DNA of 52,861 nucleotides from a virus (IMGVR_UViG_3300033149_002181:1-52861), one strand, 5' to 3'; positions 1 through 10,371 are shown, counted from the first letter of the stretch. Numbers and translations are program-made. Notes: generated by a model from the sequence alone, not told the origin.

Positions 1-134
1 ATCCAAACCTGAAAGTTATACAATTATAATTCAAGGATAATCCCAGCTAAAATAATTATTAACACAATTAATATAATTCAGAATAAAATATACAGAGGAC
101 AGATGTCCTTATTTTTATAGGAGGATTCTTGCTT

Positions 135-935
135 TTATTGTTCAGAATAATGATCCCAAGCGAATTCTACTGTATTCTCCCATAAATCTTTTAAATCCTC
201 CGAGATAGTGGATGAATGTGAATAAGTAAATGCTGATAATTTATAATGCACCCCATCTGCGGCAATGACTTCAAAAATCCCATTGGGGGGCATAATTTCA
301 GTTATAAAATTTTCGCTACTGGGAGTATTATATTTTTCAAAATACGCATCACGTAAAATTGAGTCTTCTAACTTTTTAATTCCGTAGGGAGCTATAATTT
401 TTGTCCTATTGTGTGAGGCACCATAAGTTTCAATATAAACATCTGCCTCGTTTATAGACACGAATGATTGAGAAGAAAAAGACCAGCCTTGATGTTCATC
501 AGTATTATTGTGGATACATTTAAAATATCCATATGCTATAATAGTTAATTCCGCCGTTTCTTCTTGATATTTAGCAAATAATTTCCCTCGCCCTTTCTGA
601 GCTTTTGGCATAACATAAATACCATTATTCCTAACTGGGTCTTTTTCCCATGTTATACCCTCTGGGAAATTTGTTGACCATTCGATAGTAGGATTTTTTA
701 TCTTATTCCCATCACTATCATATACTTCTGCCCATGCATACCATGATTTAGCTTCAGGATATGGATATCCCGCATAAACATGACCCATATCGTTCTGGCT
801 ACTAATATTTCGTATTTTTATCACAGATTCCACCTCCGGTGAATGTTTATGTTTGATGGTTATTGAATATAAATTTAGCATTGAACATCCAGAGGCAATT
901 AACAAAAAAATGATTAAAAAATATATTTTTTTCAT
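135..935 (-). CDS. Lipoprotein of unknown function (moron-like)
   Basis: MKK, hydrophobic stretch and lipobox-like ASGC; AT-rich; RBS AGGAGGGAGG. Confidence 0.65.
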   Translation of the reverse strand: MKKIYFLIIFLLIASGCSMLNLYSITIKHKHSPEVESVIKIRNISSQNDMGHVYAGYPYPEAKSWYAWAEVYDSDGNKIKNPTIEWSTNFPEGITWEKDPVRNNGIYVMPKAQKGRGKLFAKYQEETAELTIIAYGYFKCIHNNTDEHQGWSFSSQSFVSINEADVYIETYGASHNRTKIIAPYGIKKLEDSILRDAYFEKYNTPSSENFITEIMPPNGIFEVIAADGVHYKLSAFTYSHSSTISEDLKDLWENTVEFAWDHYSEQ

Positions 936-975
936 TCATCCTCCCTCCTTTTTATATTATAATAGCAAAAATTTC

Positions 976-3282
976 TTATTTTTTCAAGATCAATACACTT
1001 AACTCTCTGTCTCCTGAATATGCGTATAATCCAGCCACATCTATTTTAGCTCTGCCTTTAATAGTATGGGTTCCAGCCGATACATTTTCTTCAAAATGAA
1101 TAATAGTAATATGTGATCCTGTTAATGAAAATTGCTCTCCACCTGTAATTCTAACTCGTGCTTCTTTGTCTGTTATATCAGTTCCATCATAATTTAAACA
1201 CCATGATGCGCTTAAATTATTTGTAACAGCTTCTTCGATAACTACCCAAGCATTCACTTGCATAATAAACATGCAAGATGCTGCTTCCGATAATGTGAAT
1301 TGCTTGCTAAAATTAGTAATATCTGAATAAGAAGTACTATTTATACGTGTCCCTGTATTATCATTTTTTGTAAATATTTGACGGTTAGTAAGGGCTCCAT
1401 CGGCGATTTTTTCTGTTGTAGTTGCTCCATCTTCTATATCCTCTGTCTGAATCCTTCCCGCCACCGCGCTAACCTGACTCGTATACCCCGAATAATTTCC
1501 CGAAGTGTCGTAAGCCCGCGCTTTCACGTAATAGGTCGTGCCCGGTGTCAGGTCTACTAAATCAAATCTGGCTGCCCGCCCTTTAGCTTTAAGCGTACTA
1601 CTTGATGGCGTAAACCCGCTTGATGTGGAAACGTGGATCTCGAATCCATCCCAAGTTATCTCAGGATTTGCATTCAACGTAACCGTCAAACCACGAATAG
1701 CAGAAGTGACAGTTAAACCGGTAGGCGTAGAAATCGTCTCCGTCATCTGGACGTTTCTGGTATTCGGCCTCCCAGCCGCCCCCGGTCTGGTTTGCATTTT
1801 CAACCACCGGCGCTTACCGCCGATAATTCGACCACATCCTGTTATTTCTGTCCTATATTTATGGCTGTCGAAATCTAAGGAGTGCCGGAAGCTCTCTACT
1901 CCGTAAAAATCATTTGTCGACGATAATTGGGGATTTATTACCACTATCCCTTTAAATATGTCCATCTCCGGTAAAAACGGCATATTGATTTTAGTTGTGC
2001 TTGTCAGGTCTTTTAGATCACTTAGAGCGGCATTGGCTAAATCAGTAGCTTCAGCAGAGGTATCAATCATGGAAGCATCGTCTTCCTCTATTTGCATAGC
2101 CCTGCGCCCGTAAGCAGCTATGCTAGCCGAATCCGTTACCGTTACACTTGCCCGGTCACCGGTGGAAATATCTCGATAGGTGACCTTGATGGCATTCCGC
2201 ACGTCACGATCCGAAATGTCCAAATCCTGGACATAAAAATCGTCTTCATAATCGAGAACGAAATCAGCTCCAACTGCAACCATAGACCGGGGCGGTTCCA
2301 TGAGTGTCAATTTATATTGGCTCGTCCCGGAATCCCATCTATATCCGCAAAACCATCCGAACATGCTTGTAATTTTCTGAAGGGCATCCCATACCGACAT
2401 GTATCCAATTTTAGCCGCATCGGTGTTTAGTATGGCAAATCCGGGAGAAACAGGGGTATACAAAGTGACCGCTCCGGCTCCTAAATTGTCGTCCAGAATA
2501 GACTGCATTACAGTTTCTGCCGGCGTGCCCCCTTCGCTGCCATACTGTGTTTCCGTCTCAATATAACAATCTTGTAGACGTTTAGACAAATCCCGGCATT
2601 CGCACGAGACGGAAAAAGGGCTTGTTGCAATAGAATCCCCTAGATATCCATGAAACAATGTAATGTATCCAGTATCGGCTGCATAATGCCTATAATTCAT
2701 GAGGACTGTTATATTCTCCGGAGGTGGAGTCGTAAAAGTTACCGCGCCGGTCGTTGTGTTAACAGAAAAATCGCTGGTATATTCAGTTGTGCTTTTTAAG
2801 CTGTTCCATCTGATATTCGTCGCCTCGGCCCAGGTTATGTTATTTAGTTCAGACCAGGTGTACGAGGCTCCGGCTGAATCTATCTCTACCGAACCGGAAA
2901 CTATAGGAACATGCTCCAGATAAAAAACGGTAGTAGAACCATCTCCTACCCCAATTACTTCTTGATGAACATAGGATTCAGCGGTTACGCGCGCCTGAAA
3001 TTGTACTTCACGATTCGGCCACAATAAGGGTGCATAGCTGCCGGAAAATTGATTCCATGAACTGTTTCGATCACGAGGGGCGAATGAGTTGTTTTCATCA
3101 TTGTGCAGAGTAAACGACATCCGACGCACTACTCCGTCAACGCCTGAACCGGTTCCCACTCCCGACACATCGCCCTGTTCTATTTCAAGTCTGGAGAGAT
3201 ATTCGGTTACATCTTCCCAAGTCTCGCCGTCAGTGCGACCGATATATAGTTTTGTGTATATTTTTCTATCGGAAGGTATCAT
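976..3282 (-). CDS. Tail tip/baseplate hub protein with fibronectin type III domain
   Basis: 768 aa, downstream of the tape measure gene; FN3 signature (LTPGTTYYVKARAYDTSGNYS). Confidence 0.75.
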   Translation of the reverse strand: MIPSDRKIYTKLYIGRTDGETWEDVTEYLSRLEIEQGDVSGVGTGSGVDGVVRRMSFTLHNDENNSFAPRDRNSSWNQFSGSYAPLLWPNREVQFQARVTAESYVHQEVIGVGDGSTTVFYLEHVPIVSGSVEIDSAGASYTWSELNNITWAEATNIRWNSLKSTTEYTSDFSVNTTTGAVTFTTPPPENITVLMNYRHYAADTGYITLFHGYLGDSIATSPFSVSCECRDLSKRLQDCYIETETQYGSEGGTPAETVMQSILDDNLGAGAVTLYTPVSPGFAILNTDAAKIGYMSVWDALQKITSMFGWFCGYRWDSGTSQYKLTLMEPPRSMVAVGADFVLDYEDDFYVQDLDISDRDVRNAIKVTYRDISTGDRASVTVTDSASIAAYGRRAMQIEEDDASMIDTSAEATDLANAALSDLKDLTSTTKINMPFLPEMDIFKGIVVINPQLSSTNDFYGVESFRHSLDFDSHKYRTEITGCGRIIGGKRRWLKMQTRPGAAGRPNTRNVQMTETISTPTGLTVTSAIRGLTVTLNANPEITWDGFEIHVSTSSGFTPSSSTLKAKGRAARFDLVDLTPGTTYYVKARAYDTSGNYSGYTSQVSAVAGRIQTEDIEDGATTTEKIADGALTNRQIFTKNDNTGTRINSTSYSDITNFSKQFTLSEAASCMFIMQVNAWVVIEEAVTNNLSASWCLNYDGTDITDKEARVRITGGEQFSLTGSHITIIHFEENVSAGTHTIKGRAKIDVAGLYAYSGDRELSVLILKK

Positions 3283-3374
3283 TGTATCACCCCAACTATT
3301 AAAATGTCATCGATAGAGCTTGCCAGTCCCGTCGGTGGCGAAGAGGCTCGGAGGTTTCGTCTTCGAGCTTTGGG

Positions 3375-4154
3375 TTATTTGTAGCGGCCTCGTGCGCTTA
3401 CATGTACGTTGCACGTGTCCCCGCTTTGAAATGCCCCATTAGACATGATGTCTAATATAACGCTTGAAATACTAAAGGTCCCCAATCGGAAATGTGTTTC
3501 ACGTTTATCTAAGCCAATATCGTCTGTAGCTGTGTAGTTAATATAAAATTGAGTATCCATAAACGATACAGGAAACAGCCATGTCCCTCGTATAGTGAAA
3601 GAGCTAACATAATCGCAAGTCAAGATTCTATAACACCATTGCTCTCCGTCTGCCGTTCTTTTCCATTCACCATACTCATTCTTCCCGCTTTCCGCTCCGC
3701 CTTCGCCACAATTGATAATATACCACGTCGTTGCGTTTACTCTATATACGGCCCCAATAATTCTCTCGTCCGTATCATAATAATAACCCTGTTTGGCATG
3801 ATTATACCCGCTCCATTGAAAATAAGCATCGGTCGGTCTTTCTGTAGCGGCACCGGTAGCAGAACGAAGCGTCACAGTCCCAGAAGTGTCTATGGTTACA
3901 TAATACCACTGTGCCCCCAATCCTGATTCACCGGTAAGCTCGGTTTCGGAGGTTTTCACCACGCCATAATCATTAGAACCATCATTGACATGTATAAACC
4001 CCGGAGTTATGCGTATATCATCTGAACCATAATAATAAATTTCAAGCCCTCTTTTTGCGCCCCATATCGACGTATTGAAATTCTCTCTGATATGTTGTGC
4101 GCTTACATTTATATAATCATTATCAGCCGGTTTATTATTATTCCAAATCGCCAT
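3375..4154 (-). CDS. Putative tail fibre/receptor-binding protein
   Basis: Position in tail module; C-terminal GEWKRTADGEQWC...FPVSF...ARGRYK resembles gp53-like tail fibre ends. Confidence 0.6.
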   Translation of the reverse strand: MAIWNNNKPADNDYINVSAQHIRENFNTSIWGAKRGLEIYYYGSDDIRITPGFIHVNDGSNDYGVVKTSETELTGESGLGAQWYYVTIDTSGTVTLRSATGAATERPTDAYFQWSGYNHAKQGYYYDTDERIIGAVYRVNATTWYIINCGEGGAESGKNEYGEWKRTADGEQWCYRILTCDYVSSFTIRGTWLFPVSFMDTQFYINYTATDDIGLDKRETHFRLGTFSISSVILDIMSNGAFQSGDTCNVHVSARGRYK

Positions 4155-4168
4155 ATTTTTTCACCTCG

Positions 4169-4525
4169 CTACTGTTCTGTTACCGTAAATGATAGTTCCC
4201 GATACTGATATGGCCACAAAGCGCGACTTTCCTTGTCCACCTCTACATAAGCGGAAACAGTATTAGCCTCATCTCCAAATTCATCAAGCCAGAAATCGAC
4301 AGTGCCAAACGAAATAGCTTCCAGGTAACTTAAAATAGCATCTGCCTGCGCTTTGGAAATCAAACGGGTCTCAATCTTCCATATACGTTTATAAGAAGCG
4401 GCGGCAAGCGTATCTTGTCTTAACTTGCCGCCGGCCGTCCGGGCTTTGTCTCCTAGTATTTCCCTTGAGATTTCCTGCACATAAACGCGGGGAATTTCTA
4501 TCGTATCAAATTTCGCTATTGCCAA
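4169..4525 (-). CDS. Distal tail-like protein
   Basis: Directly after the tape measure gene; likely TTG start at 4525 with GGGGGTG RBS (ORF track start 4624 overlaps the tape measure gene). Confidence 0.55.
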   Translation of the reverse strand: MAIAKFDTIEIPRVYVQEISREILGDKARTAGGKLRQDTLAAASYKRIWKIETRLISKAQADAILSYLEAISFGTVDFWLDEFGDEANTVSAYVEVDKESRALWPYQYRELSFTVTEQ

Positions 4526-4526
4526 T

Positions 4527-7499
4527 TTAGTACACCCCCTGACCGGCGAGGTTAAGTGAGCGGCCGCGTCGCCCGACTGCCAGGTTGACTTTGCGTTCAA
4601 AATCGTCATAGCCGTAAACGTCACCGTATATATTAATCGTTAGTCCGCCGCGTACCCTGGATTCAGGGGTGATATATTCCCCCTCTCCGCCTTCAGCCAC
4701 TCGGACGATTCGTCCGCCCGGAGTCGGCGGGATATAACCACCGTTGGCAAAACCGGGTATGGGAATGGCCCGCGCTACTTGGAAACGGGTCAGGACGTAT
4801 TTAAAACCGGCAGGGATATTCCTTAGAGACTGACTTACCTTATCTGCAGTTTCGGCCAAATCCTCAGCGGAATCAGCCGCTTGAGCTTGCGCCATAGCCG
4901 AATCCCAAGTTAGATTAGCCAGCTCATTTAATCCTTCTTGCAGCGGTTCTGTATTTATTGTCCCTAAATGAACTCCCAGCCAACCTAGTGCCCAATTAAT
5001 AGCTCTGGCAACAGCGTTCCAGGCGTGGGCGATGCCTAAAGCCAAAGCGGACACTACTATACCAAGCAACTTAAATACCGGGAAAAGCGCCTGCAGAACC
5101 GGCATAAAAATCGCGGAGAAAATAACACTCAAAACTTTCAGGACCGGGGCTAGGGACTTAGAAATCACTAGAATCAACGGCAATAACGGCTGCAATAACA
5201 TACCTACAGCATCAGCGGCCGCCTGTAGGAGAGGATTGATGATGTTTAGAATTTGTGCAAAAGTCTGCGAATTAGATATAACAGCCGTCAGGGCGCCGGC
5301 GGCCATCCCAACCGGTCCGCCTGCAGCTCCGGCCTGCGCTCCTTGTATTGCCGCAAAAACTATCGGAATGTTTTGGAGCAGCTTATCTATCGCGAAGTCT
5401 TTGATAGATTTCAGGCTGTCCGTTAACTGTTGCCATAGAGTCTTTTGTTCTTCTATGACCGGTCTCATTTCCGCTACTTGCAACATGATATTTATCAAAC
5501 TGCTAGTGGCTTCTTCTGCAAAGAAAAAAGAGTCTATAAAGTCCTCCAGTTTTGTCCGCAGCTCTGCAAAGGTGCTTTTTATCTGCTCGACTTTTTCCTC
5601 ACCTAATATGGCTATGGCCAGTTTCTCAACTGCAGTAGCAATGATCTCAAAAAGTCGCGTAAATCCTGCAAGTAATGATCGACCAAGAGAACGGAACATG
5701 TCTCTCATATCGGTTACTGTCGCTTTGGCCTCGCTTAAACCGGGAACGGTAGCCTGTGGCGCGTAGCCTTCCTGGAAACCAGGTACTCCCATTGCTCGGA
5801 ACCATCCGGCCACAGCGGGTAAACCACCCTGTACAATTTTTGCAGGCACAACCGCTTCGCCGGGTGCGAGGAGAGCGGGGAATTGGTCAGGACCGAAGGC
5901 GCCGGGTAAAACAGCCCCTTCTTGAAATCTCCACTTGAACAATTCACCAAGATTCGGCATAGTAAGTGGTTTCCTAAATCCCTCCTTAGTGGCTTCACCG
6001 AATTCTCTGCCGAATTCTTTCACCTTCTGCATAAAGCCAGAGCCTAATTCAAGGTTTAACGCTATTGTGAACGCTAGTACACCGGCTTGAGGGCTACCAG
6101 TAAACACTCCTATCCCTATCCCGGCTGCCAGCGCTAACGCCATATCCTGGCCAAATTTTTTGAAACTACCGGCTGCAATGGCTTCGGATAGTTTTATTCC
6201 GACAGTGAGCAGACCGATGCCCAGCGATAACCCGCCTATCCCCAATTTTCCGCCGACATTGCCAAATACTGAACCAATAGCAGTTAAAATTTTTGCCGCC
6301 GCACCTTTGGCCAACATTAAACTAATAGCAATCACCGCACCTTTAGACCATAAATCGGAAATCGTACCAAAAAACGTTGCCCAGTCACCGGATTTTAGGG
6401 CTTCCCAAAGTGTTCCGCCGATATTAATTACCCAGTTCCAAGCTTTTTTCACATAATCCCAAAGAGTCTCAAATACCGGCCTGATAGCGTCCCAAACGGC
6501 TAAAGTCTTATCCCGTATCCCGCCCCAGTTGTCTTTCCATACAACGTACAAGAGGGATAGACCTGCAGTGATCAGCATAAAGGGCGAAGTCAGAATGCCG
6601 GCGATAAATGCTATGACCCCCCCTATCAGGGTAAGGCCTTTTACGAAAACAGCAATCCCGGCGACTACAACACCAAAAACGGTAACCAGTCCTAAGATGG
6701 CAGCTGCAAGAACGCCCCAACGAGCAATTTGAGACTTTGTCGTATCATCTAACTGACTTAACTTCTCGACCAGGCGGCTTGCTTTGCGGGTAATTTTCTG
6801 GAATACTTTTACAAGCGGTTGTTCAATTATAAATCCCATCTGTTCCGCTAAATCGCCAAGCACGTTTTTCATCTGGGTAAACGCACCCATCGCTGTTTTA
6901 GTCATTTCCCGGGCGGCCGGGCCAGTGTTCTTGTCGAGAATCCGCATCAACAAAGCAATTTTTTCAAATTGATTAGCAGCATCAAATGCTTTTCGTTCTG
7001 CCTCGGTGAGGACAATACCATAACGCGAAAGTGCCCCGGCCCCCGTTGAGAGCGCGCGGCCGACCTGCACAGCAGCCTGGCGCAAATCCATATTATACAT
7101 AGCGGCCAAATTTTGTACTCTAGGAAGTAAGTCAAGAATTTGCTTTTCCGTCAGTTGAAATGTAGTCAGCATAGCAGCAGCTTCAATAGTGGCTTCGTCA
7201 CCGTATTTTGTAAGTTTCTGCAGTTGACTGGCATACCGCTTAATTTTCTCAATATTAATGGCCTGTCCGGTGCCCTTAATCGCCGCCGCTAGTTTTAGTT
7301 CCGCCTCCCTTTGTTTTGAAGCTGCTGCGACAAGACCCATGGAAACAGCAGTAAACCCGGCTAGGGCGACCGTAGCTCGTTTTGCGAAGCGCGTTGCTAC
7401 ATTTTGAAGCCCGTCTAATTTTTTATGCACCCGCGCGAGACCTGCTTCAAACCCCCGTGTGTCCGCGCCGATTTTAAATTCAATCGTCCCTACTCGCAT
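4527..7499 (-). CDS. Tail tape measure protein
   Basis: 990 aa, Ala/Gly-rich helical; N-terminal IGADTRGF motif, hydrophobic segments, WxxNWGGIRD motif; follows the tail chaperones. Confidence 0.92.
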   Translation of the reverse strand: MRVGTIEFKIGADTRGFEAGLARVHKKLDGLQNVATRFAKRATVALAGFTAVSMGLVAAASKQREAELKLAAAIKGTGQAINIEKIKRYASQLQKLTKYGDEATIEAAAMLTTFQLTEKQILDLLPRVQNLAAMYNMDLRQAAVQVGRALSTGAGALSRYGIVLTEAERKAFDAANQFEKIALLMRILDKNTGPAAREMTKTAMGAFTQMKNVLGDLAEQMGFIIEQPLVKVFQKITRKASRLVEKLSQLDDTTKSQIARWGVLAAAILGLVTVFGVVVAGIAVFVKGLTLIGGVIAFIAGILTSPFMLITAGLSLLYVVWKDNWGGIRDKTLAVWDAIRPVFETLWDYVKKAWNWVINIGGTLWEALKSGDWATFFGTISDLWSKGAVIAISLMLAKGAAAKILTAIGSVFGNVGGKLGIGGLSLGIGLLTVGIKLSEAIAAGSFKKFGQDMALALAAGIGIGVFTGSPQAGVLAFTIALNLELGSGFMQKVKEFGREFGEATKEGFRKPLTMPNLGELFKWRFQEGAVLPGAFGPDQFPALLAPGEAVVPAKIVQGGLPAVAGWFRAMGVPGFQEGYAPQATVPGLSEAKATVTDMRDMFRSLGRSLLAGFTRLFEIIATAVEKLAIAILGEEKVEQIKSTFAELRTKLEDFIDSFFFAEEATSSLINIMLQVAEMRPVIEEQKTLWQQLTDSLKSIKDFAIDKLLQNIPIVFAAIQGAQAGAAGGPVGMAAGALTAVISNSQTFAQILNIINPLLQAAADAVGMLLQPLLPLILVISKSLAPVLKVLSVIFSAIFMPVLQALFPVFKLLGIVVSALALGIAHAWNAVARAINWALGWLGVHLGTINTEPLQEGLNELANLTWDSAMAQAQAADSAEDLAETADKVSQSLRNIPAGFKYVLTRFQVARAIPIPGFANGGYIPPTPGGRIVRVAEGGEGEYITPESRVRGGLTINIYGDVYGYDDFERKVNLAVGRRGRSLNLAGQGVY

Positions 7500-7789
7500 T
7501 TTTTCTTATCCCTCCGCCTATCTACGCCGCCGAAGAAAACATTCAGTCGTTCTACGATCACAAGTTGTTCCTTCCAGCTTTTTGGCTTTTTCGGGAATCG
7601 CGGCATAAAATCTTCTGGTTTGAGTCGGTGACCTTTTTTTGCGAAAATGTTGGCCAACGTCGAACAGATTAAACCGGTCTGCCAGCTCTCCCATCGTTTC
7701 TGCTCCTCCAGCCTTTCCACCAAAGCCGAATACTGCCGCGGCGTCAACCTCCAAAACTCTTCGTCACCAAGCCCCAGGTCATACCGCAC
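7490..7789 (-). CDS. Tail assembly chaperone, frameshifted C-terminal part (gpGT-like)
   Basis: EFWRLTPRQ motif; joined to the upstream chaperone by a -1 shift at C CCT TTA (7828-7834). Confidence 0.8.
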   Translation of the reverse strand: MRYDLGLGDEEFWRLTPRQYSALVERLEEQKRWESWQTGLICSTLANIFAKKGHRLKPEDFMPRFPKKPKSWKEQLVIVERLNVFFGGVDRRRDKKKCE

Positions 7790-7803
7790 AACTGACCAGA
7801 CAG

Positions 7804-8154
7804 TCAGCCAGTCTGTTCGTTTCCTGCTAAAGGGGATTCCTCAGCCTCCGTATTGTTCTCGCCGTTCTCAATGAGCGAATTATTCATCAGATCAGAGAGG
7901 CTTGAAATGATTTTTGTCATATTCCCGGAGTGAATCAGTCTGCCGACGTCCTCTATGTTGATTTCGGGGTCACTGCCAGAACGAATACACGCCCAAAGCA
8001 AGGCCCTGATGCTCCGGGCACTGGCCTGATTTTGTAGTTCAAAAATGGTTATGCCAGTAGTCTCTTCAAAATTGACAAGGGCGTTGAAGTCAAGCCGCAG
8101 GGTATATTTCTTTCCTTCGAGTTCTAGTTCTACGGTTGGAGATATTGGATTCAT
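7804..8154 (-). CDS. Tail assembly chaperone (gpG-like)
   Basis: Between tail tube and tape measure genes; LRLDFNAL motif. Confidence 0.8.
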   Translation of the reverse strand: MNPISPTVELELEGKKYTLRLDFNALVNFEETTGITIFELQNQASARSIRALLWACIRSGSDPEINIEDVGRLIHSGNMTKIISSLSDLMNNSLIENGENNTEAEESPLAGNEQTG

Positions 8155-8165
8155 ATTTAATCACC

Positions 8166-8600
8166 TCACACTAATGTTGGTTGACCGGAAATTTTAAGGG
8201 TAATACTGCTCTGGAGTCTACCGGCCACCGGAGCCGACGGCTCCATCCCGGTTACAAGCGCCGAGAAGGACCAAGTGGTTTGACCCGCATCGGGAAATAC
8301 TAGCTGAAAGTTCCGAAGCGTCCGATTCATCATATCGGCAACTAGACCGGTACTAGCATCGTGAGTTCCATGGGTCGGAATATAATTGATATCGAACGTT
8401 ACCTCACCTGATCTCAAGATAGTCCCGATGTGTTCCTCCCAGCCACCAGTGGAGTCATGGCTGGTAACGTCTTCTGTGTCCAGGCTGAGACTGGGGCCGG
8501 TGATGTCAAGGACCTCAGCGATGGTCGTGAAGTTCTCGGTGGGCTCTGCACCGTCGCCAATTTTTAACAGCGTCCCAAATGAGCTAATAGCATTAGACAT
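8166..8600 (-). CDS. Major tail tube protein
   Basis: DTEDVTSHDSTGGWEE...SGEVTF...TLKISGQP, a lambda-type tail tube pattern. Confidence 0.85.
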   Translation of the reverse strand: MSNAISSFGTLLKIGDGAEPTENFTTIAEVLDITGPSLSLDTEDVTSHDSTGGWEEHIGTILRSGEVTFDINYIPTHGTHDASTGLVADMMNRTLRNFQLVFPDAGQTTWSFSALVTGMEPSAPVAGRLQSSITLKISGQPTLV

Positions 8601-8620
8601 TTTTTATTTACCTCCTCTCG

Positions 8621-8968
8621 TTAAGGCAGCACTATAACGCCGAATTTGATATCCGCAGTGCTGGCCTCCAGATAAATTTTCCCATCCGACTGCTGCCAAC
8701 CAAGTGTCGGAAATGGACCAAAAATTGCAATTCCGCCTGCATCGATACTGTAATCCGTGATGTCCTCCGTCCGCCCATAAGGATCGGCAGTGGAATTAAT
8801 AGTCACAGTTCCACTGCTTGCACCCGTATTCTGTGCAACCACCAGTTCCTTTCCCGTTGAAACGAACTCATTTTTATTGGTAACATCCGCCGCCGCCAGA
8901 GTTAATGCCGCTCCGGTCGAGGCATAATAACCTGGAGCATTGGTCTTAGTTAAAGTCGCTCTGGCCAT
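8621..8968 (-). CDS. Virion structural protein, hypothetical
   Basis: Beta-rich small protein in the head-tail operon, with RBS. Confidence 0.5.
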   Translation of the reverse strand: MARATLTKTNAPGYYASTGAALTLAAADVTNKNEFVSTGKELVVAQNTGASSGTVTINSTADPYGRTEDITDYSIDAGGIAIFGPFPTLGWQQSDGKIYLEASTADIKFGVIVLP

Positions 8969-8972
8969 TTAC

Positions 8973-9200
8973 TCATTCCTCCTTATCCCCGATTAAGTTT
9001 CCGAATCGGTCATAAATCGGTACTGTTACCGGTTTTATTTTTGGTCGGGGGGTGTGTCTTGCCAGGATGTGTTCTTTTATGTCACTTTCGTCCAATGAAT
9101 CATAAGCGCATAAATTACACCGATAGCAAGACGTCCCCCGCCATGTGCCGACTGTATATTGTTGATGTTCTTCTGCTTCTACGCGTTTTCGTCTGGCCAA
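8973..9200 (-). CDS. Small C2H2-like zinc-binding protein
   Basis: CNLC...HILARH; RBS GGAGGTG. Confidence 0.5.
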   Translation of the reverse strand: MARRKRVEAEEHQQYTVGTWRGTSCYRCNLCAYDSLDESDIKEHILARHTPRPKIKPVTVPIYDRFGNLIGDKEE

Positions 9201-9216
9201 TTCAGCACCTCCTTAA

Positions 9217-9600
9217 TTAGGAGTACGAACACTCAACGTTCAAACTCCACTCGTAGTTACCATTCGCGTCCTGACCTAGATATATCGGTTCCGACTGAAG
9301 GAGTAAAAAATCCATGTAGCCTGGATACCGGAGGTCGAAAAGCGCATCGTAGACTGCCGATGCTTTCTCGTAACCCTCGGCAAAACTTTCCGCCCTCACT
9401 CGAATTTGCGCTGTTGGGTAGCGAATCTCCGACCGGTCGGAATGGATACGCTGCCCTGCTCGACCGCCGGTAGCAAGAACGAAAATGGAATCGACAGGGA
9501 TACCGTTGGCCGGACGCACGGGACCTTTGAAAATGTCTACTCCTAATGTTCCCAGCCCCGCCTGCTGGAGGGCGAGGGCAATGTCATGCGCTGGTTCCAA
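9217..9600 (-). CDS. Tail terminator/minor capsid-type protein
   Basis: Synteny; QIRVR and IYLGQDANGNYEWSLN motifs. Confidence 0.7.
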   Translation of the reverse strand: MEPAHDIALALQQAGLGTLGVDIFKGPVRPANGIPVDSIFVLATGGRAGQRIHSDRSEIRYPTAQIRVRAESFAEGYEKASAVYDALFDLRYPGYMDFLLLQSEPIYLGQDANGNYEWSLNVECSYS

Positions 9601-9603
9601 CTG

Positions 9604-10002
9604 TTACACCCCCAGCCGTTTTTTCACAAATTGCCCGACTCGTCCCGCCATACCGGTTGCAGCTCCTTTGGCCGGGTCTTCCAAATATTTGGCTTTGCCA
9701 GTCGCGTGACTCAATTCCGTCCGTTCGTGGACGTAAATGGCGTATGGTGCGGCCGGGCCTCCATACCCGAGCGTGACGGAAATACTGCGACCCTTGAATT
9801 TCGGTTTCTCCACGTGCCCGGTACCGCGGAGCGTTCCGGTATCCACGGGACATTCCCGTTTCGACTCGGTCATGATCTCCTGTCCCTCTACATAAAGACC
9901 GGCGGCAAACGCCCTGCGGCCCCTTTCTCCAAACCGGTTCAGCTCCTTCAAGACTTTGTCGAGTCCCTTAATTTTGACGTGGATTTGGGTTCTCCGAGCC
10001 AA
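9604..10002 (-). CDS. HK97 gp10-like tail completion protein
   Basis: IKGLDKV, PVDTGTLR, YAIYVHE and KYLE motifs. Confidence 0.8.
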   Translation of the reverse strand: MARRTQIHVKIKGLDKVLKELNRFGERGRRAFAAGLYVEGQEIMTESKRECPVDTGTLRGTGHVEKPKFKGRSISVTLGYGGPAAPYAIYVHERTELSHATGKAKYLEDPAKGAATGMAGRVGQFVKKRLGV

Positions 10003-10019
10003 AATGCACCACTCCTTTT

Positions 10020-10346
10020 TTAGCCGAAAAATACTACCTCGTGATGATCGCCATTCTCATCAGGGAACTTGGCCACGGCCAGGATGGGTGGGGATGAGCC
10101 GTCGGGCAATGTTACCCGATCTTCAGGGCTTACGTTGGAAATCTCGTAGATATAGACTTGGCTGGAGGAGACCTTCTCTTCTCCGGACGGAGTCCGCACC
10201 AATTTTTGTTTACCGACCACCCGCGCATTATAACTGGTCGCATCTCCATATATCGGCTCTCCATAGTCATTACGGCCAAGGAACGGCTCTATGACAATAG
10301 TATGGGGGAAAAAGTCTTTGAAATCGACTTCCATTGAACTTTCCAC
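10020..10346 (-). CDS. Head closure/stopper protein
   Basis: Synteny; DYGEP and DRVTLPDG motifs. Confidence 0.65.
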   Translation of the reverse strand: MESSMEVDFKDFFPHTIVIEPFLGRNDYGEPIYGDATSYNARVVGKQKLVRTPSGEEKVSSSQVYIYEISNVSPEDRVTLPDGSSPPILAVAKFPDENGDHHEVVFFG

Positions 10347-10371
10347 CTCTCAAAGGAAATCCTGTTAGCCG

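Noticed and set aside
3300-4154. Diversity-generating retroelement target in the tail fibre
   Set aside because: No reverse transcriptase ORF and no template repeat copy seen in the window.
5032-5766. Long plus-strand ORFs antisense to structural genes (also 17105-17716, 22651-23178, 34062-34658)
   Set aside because: No recognisable motifs, RBS or promoter, unlike the LAGLIDADG ORF; treated as shadow ORFs.
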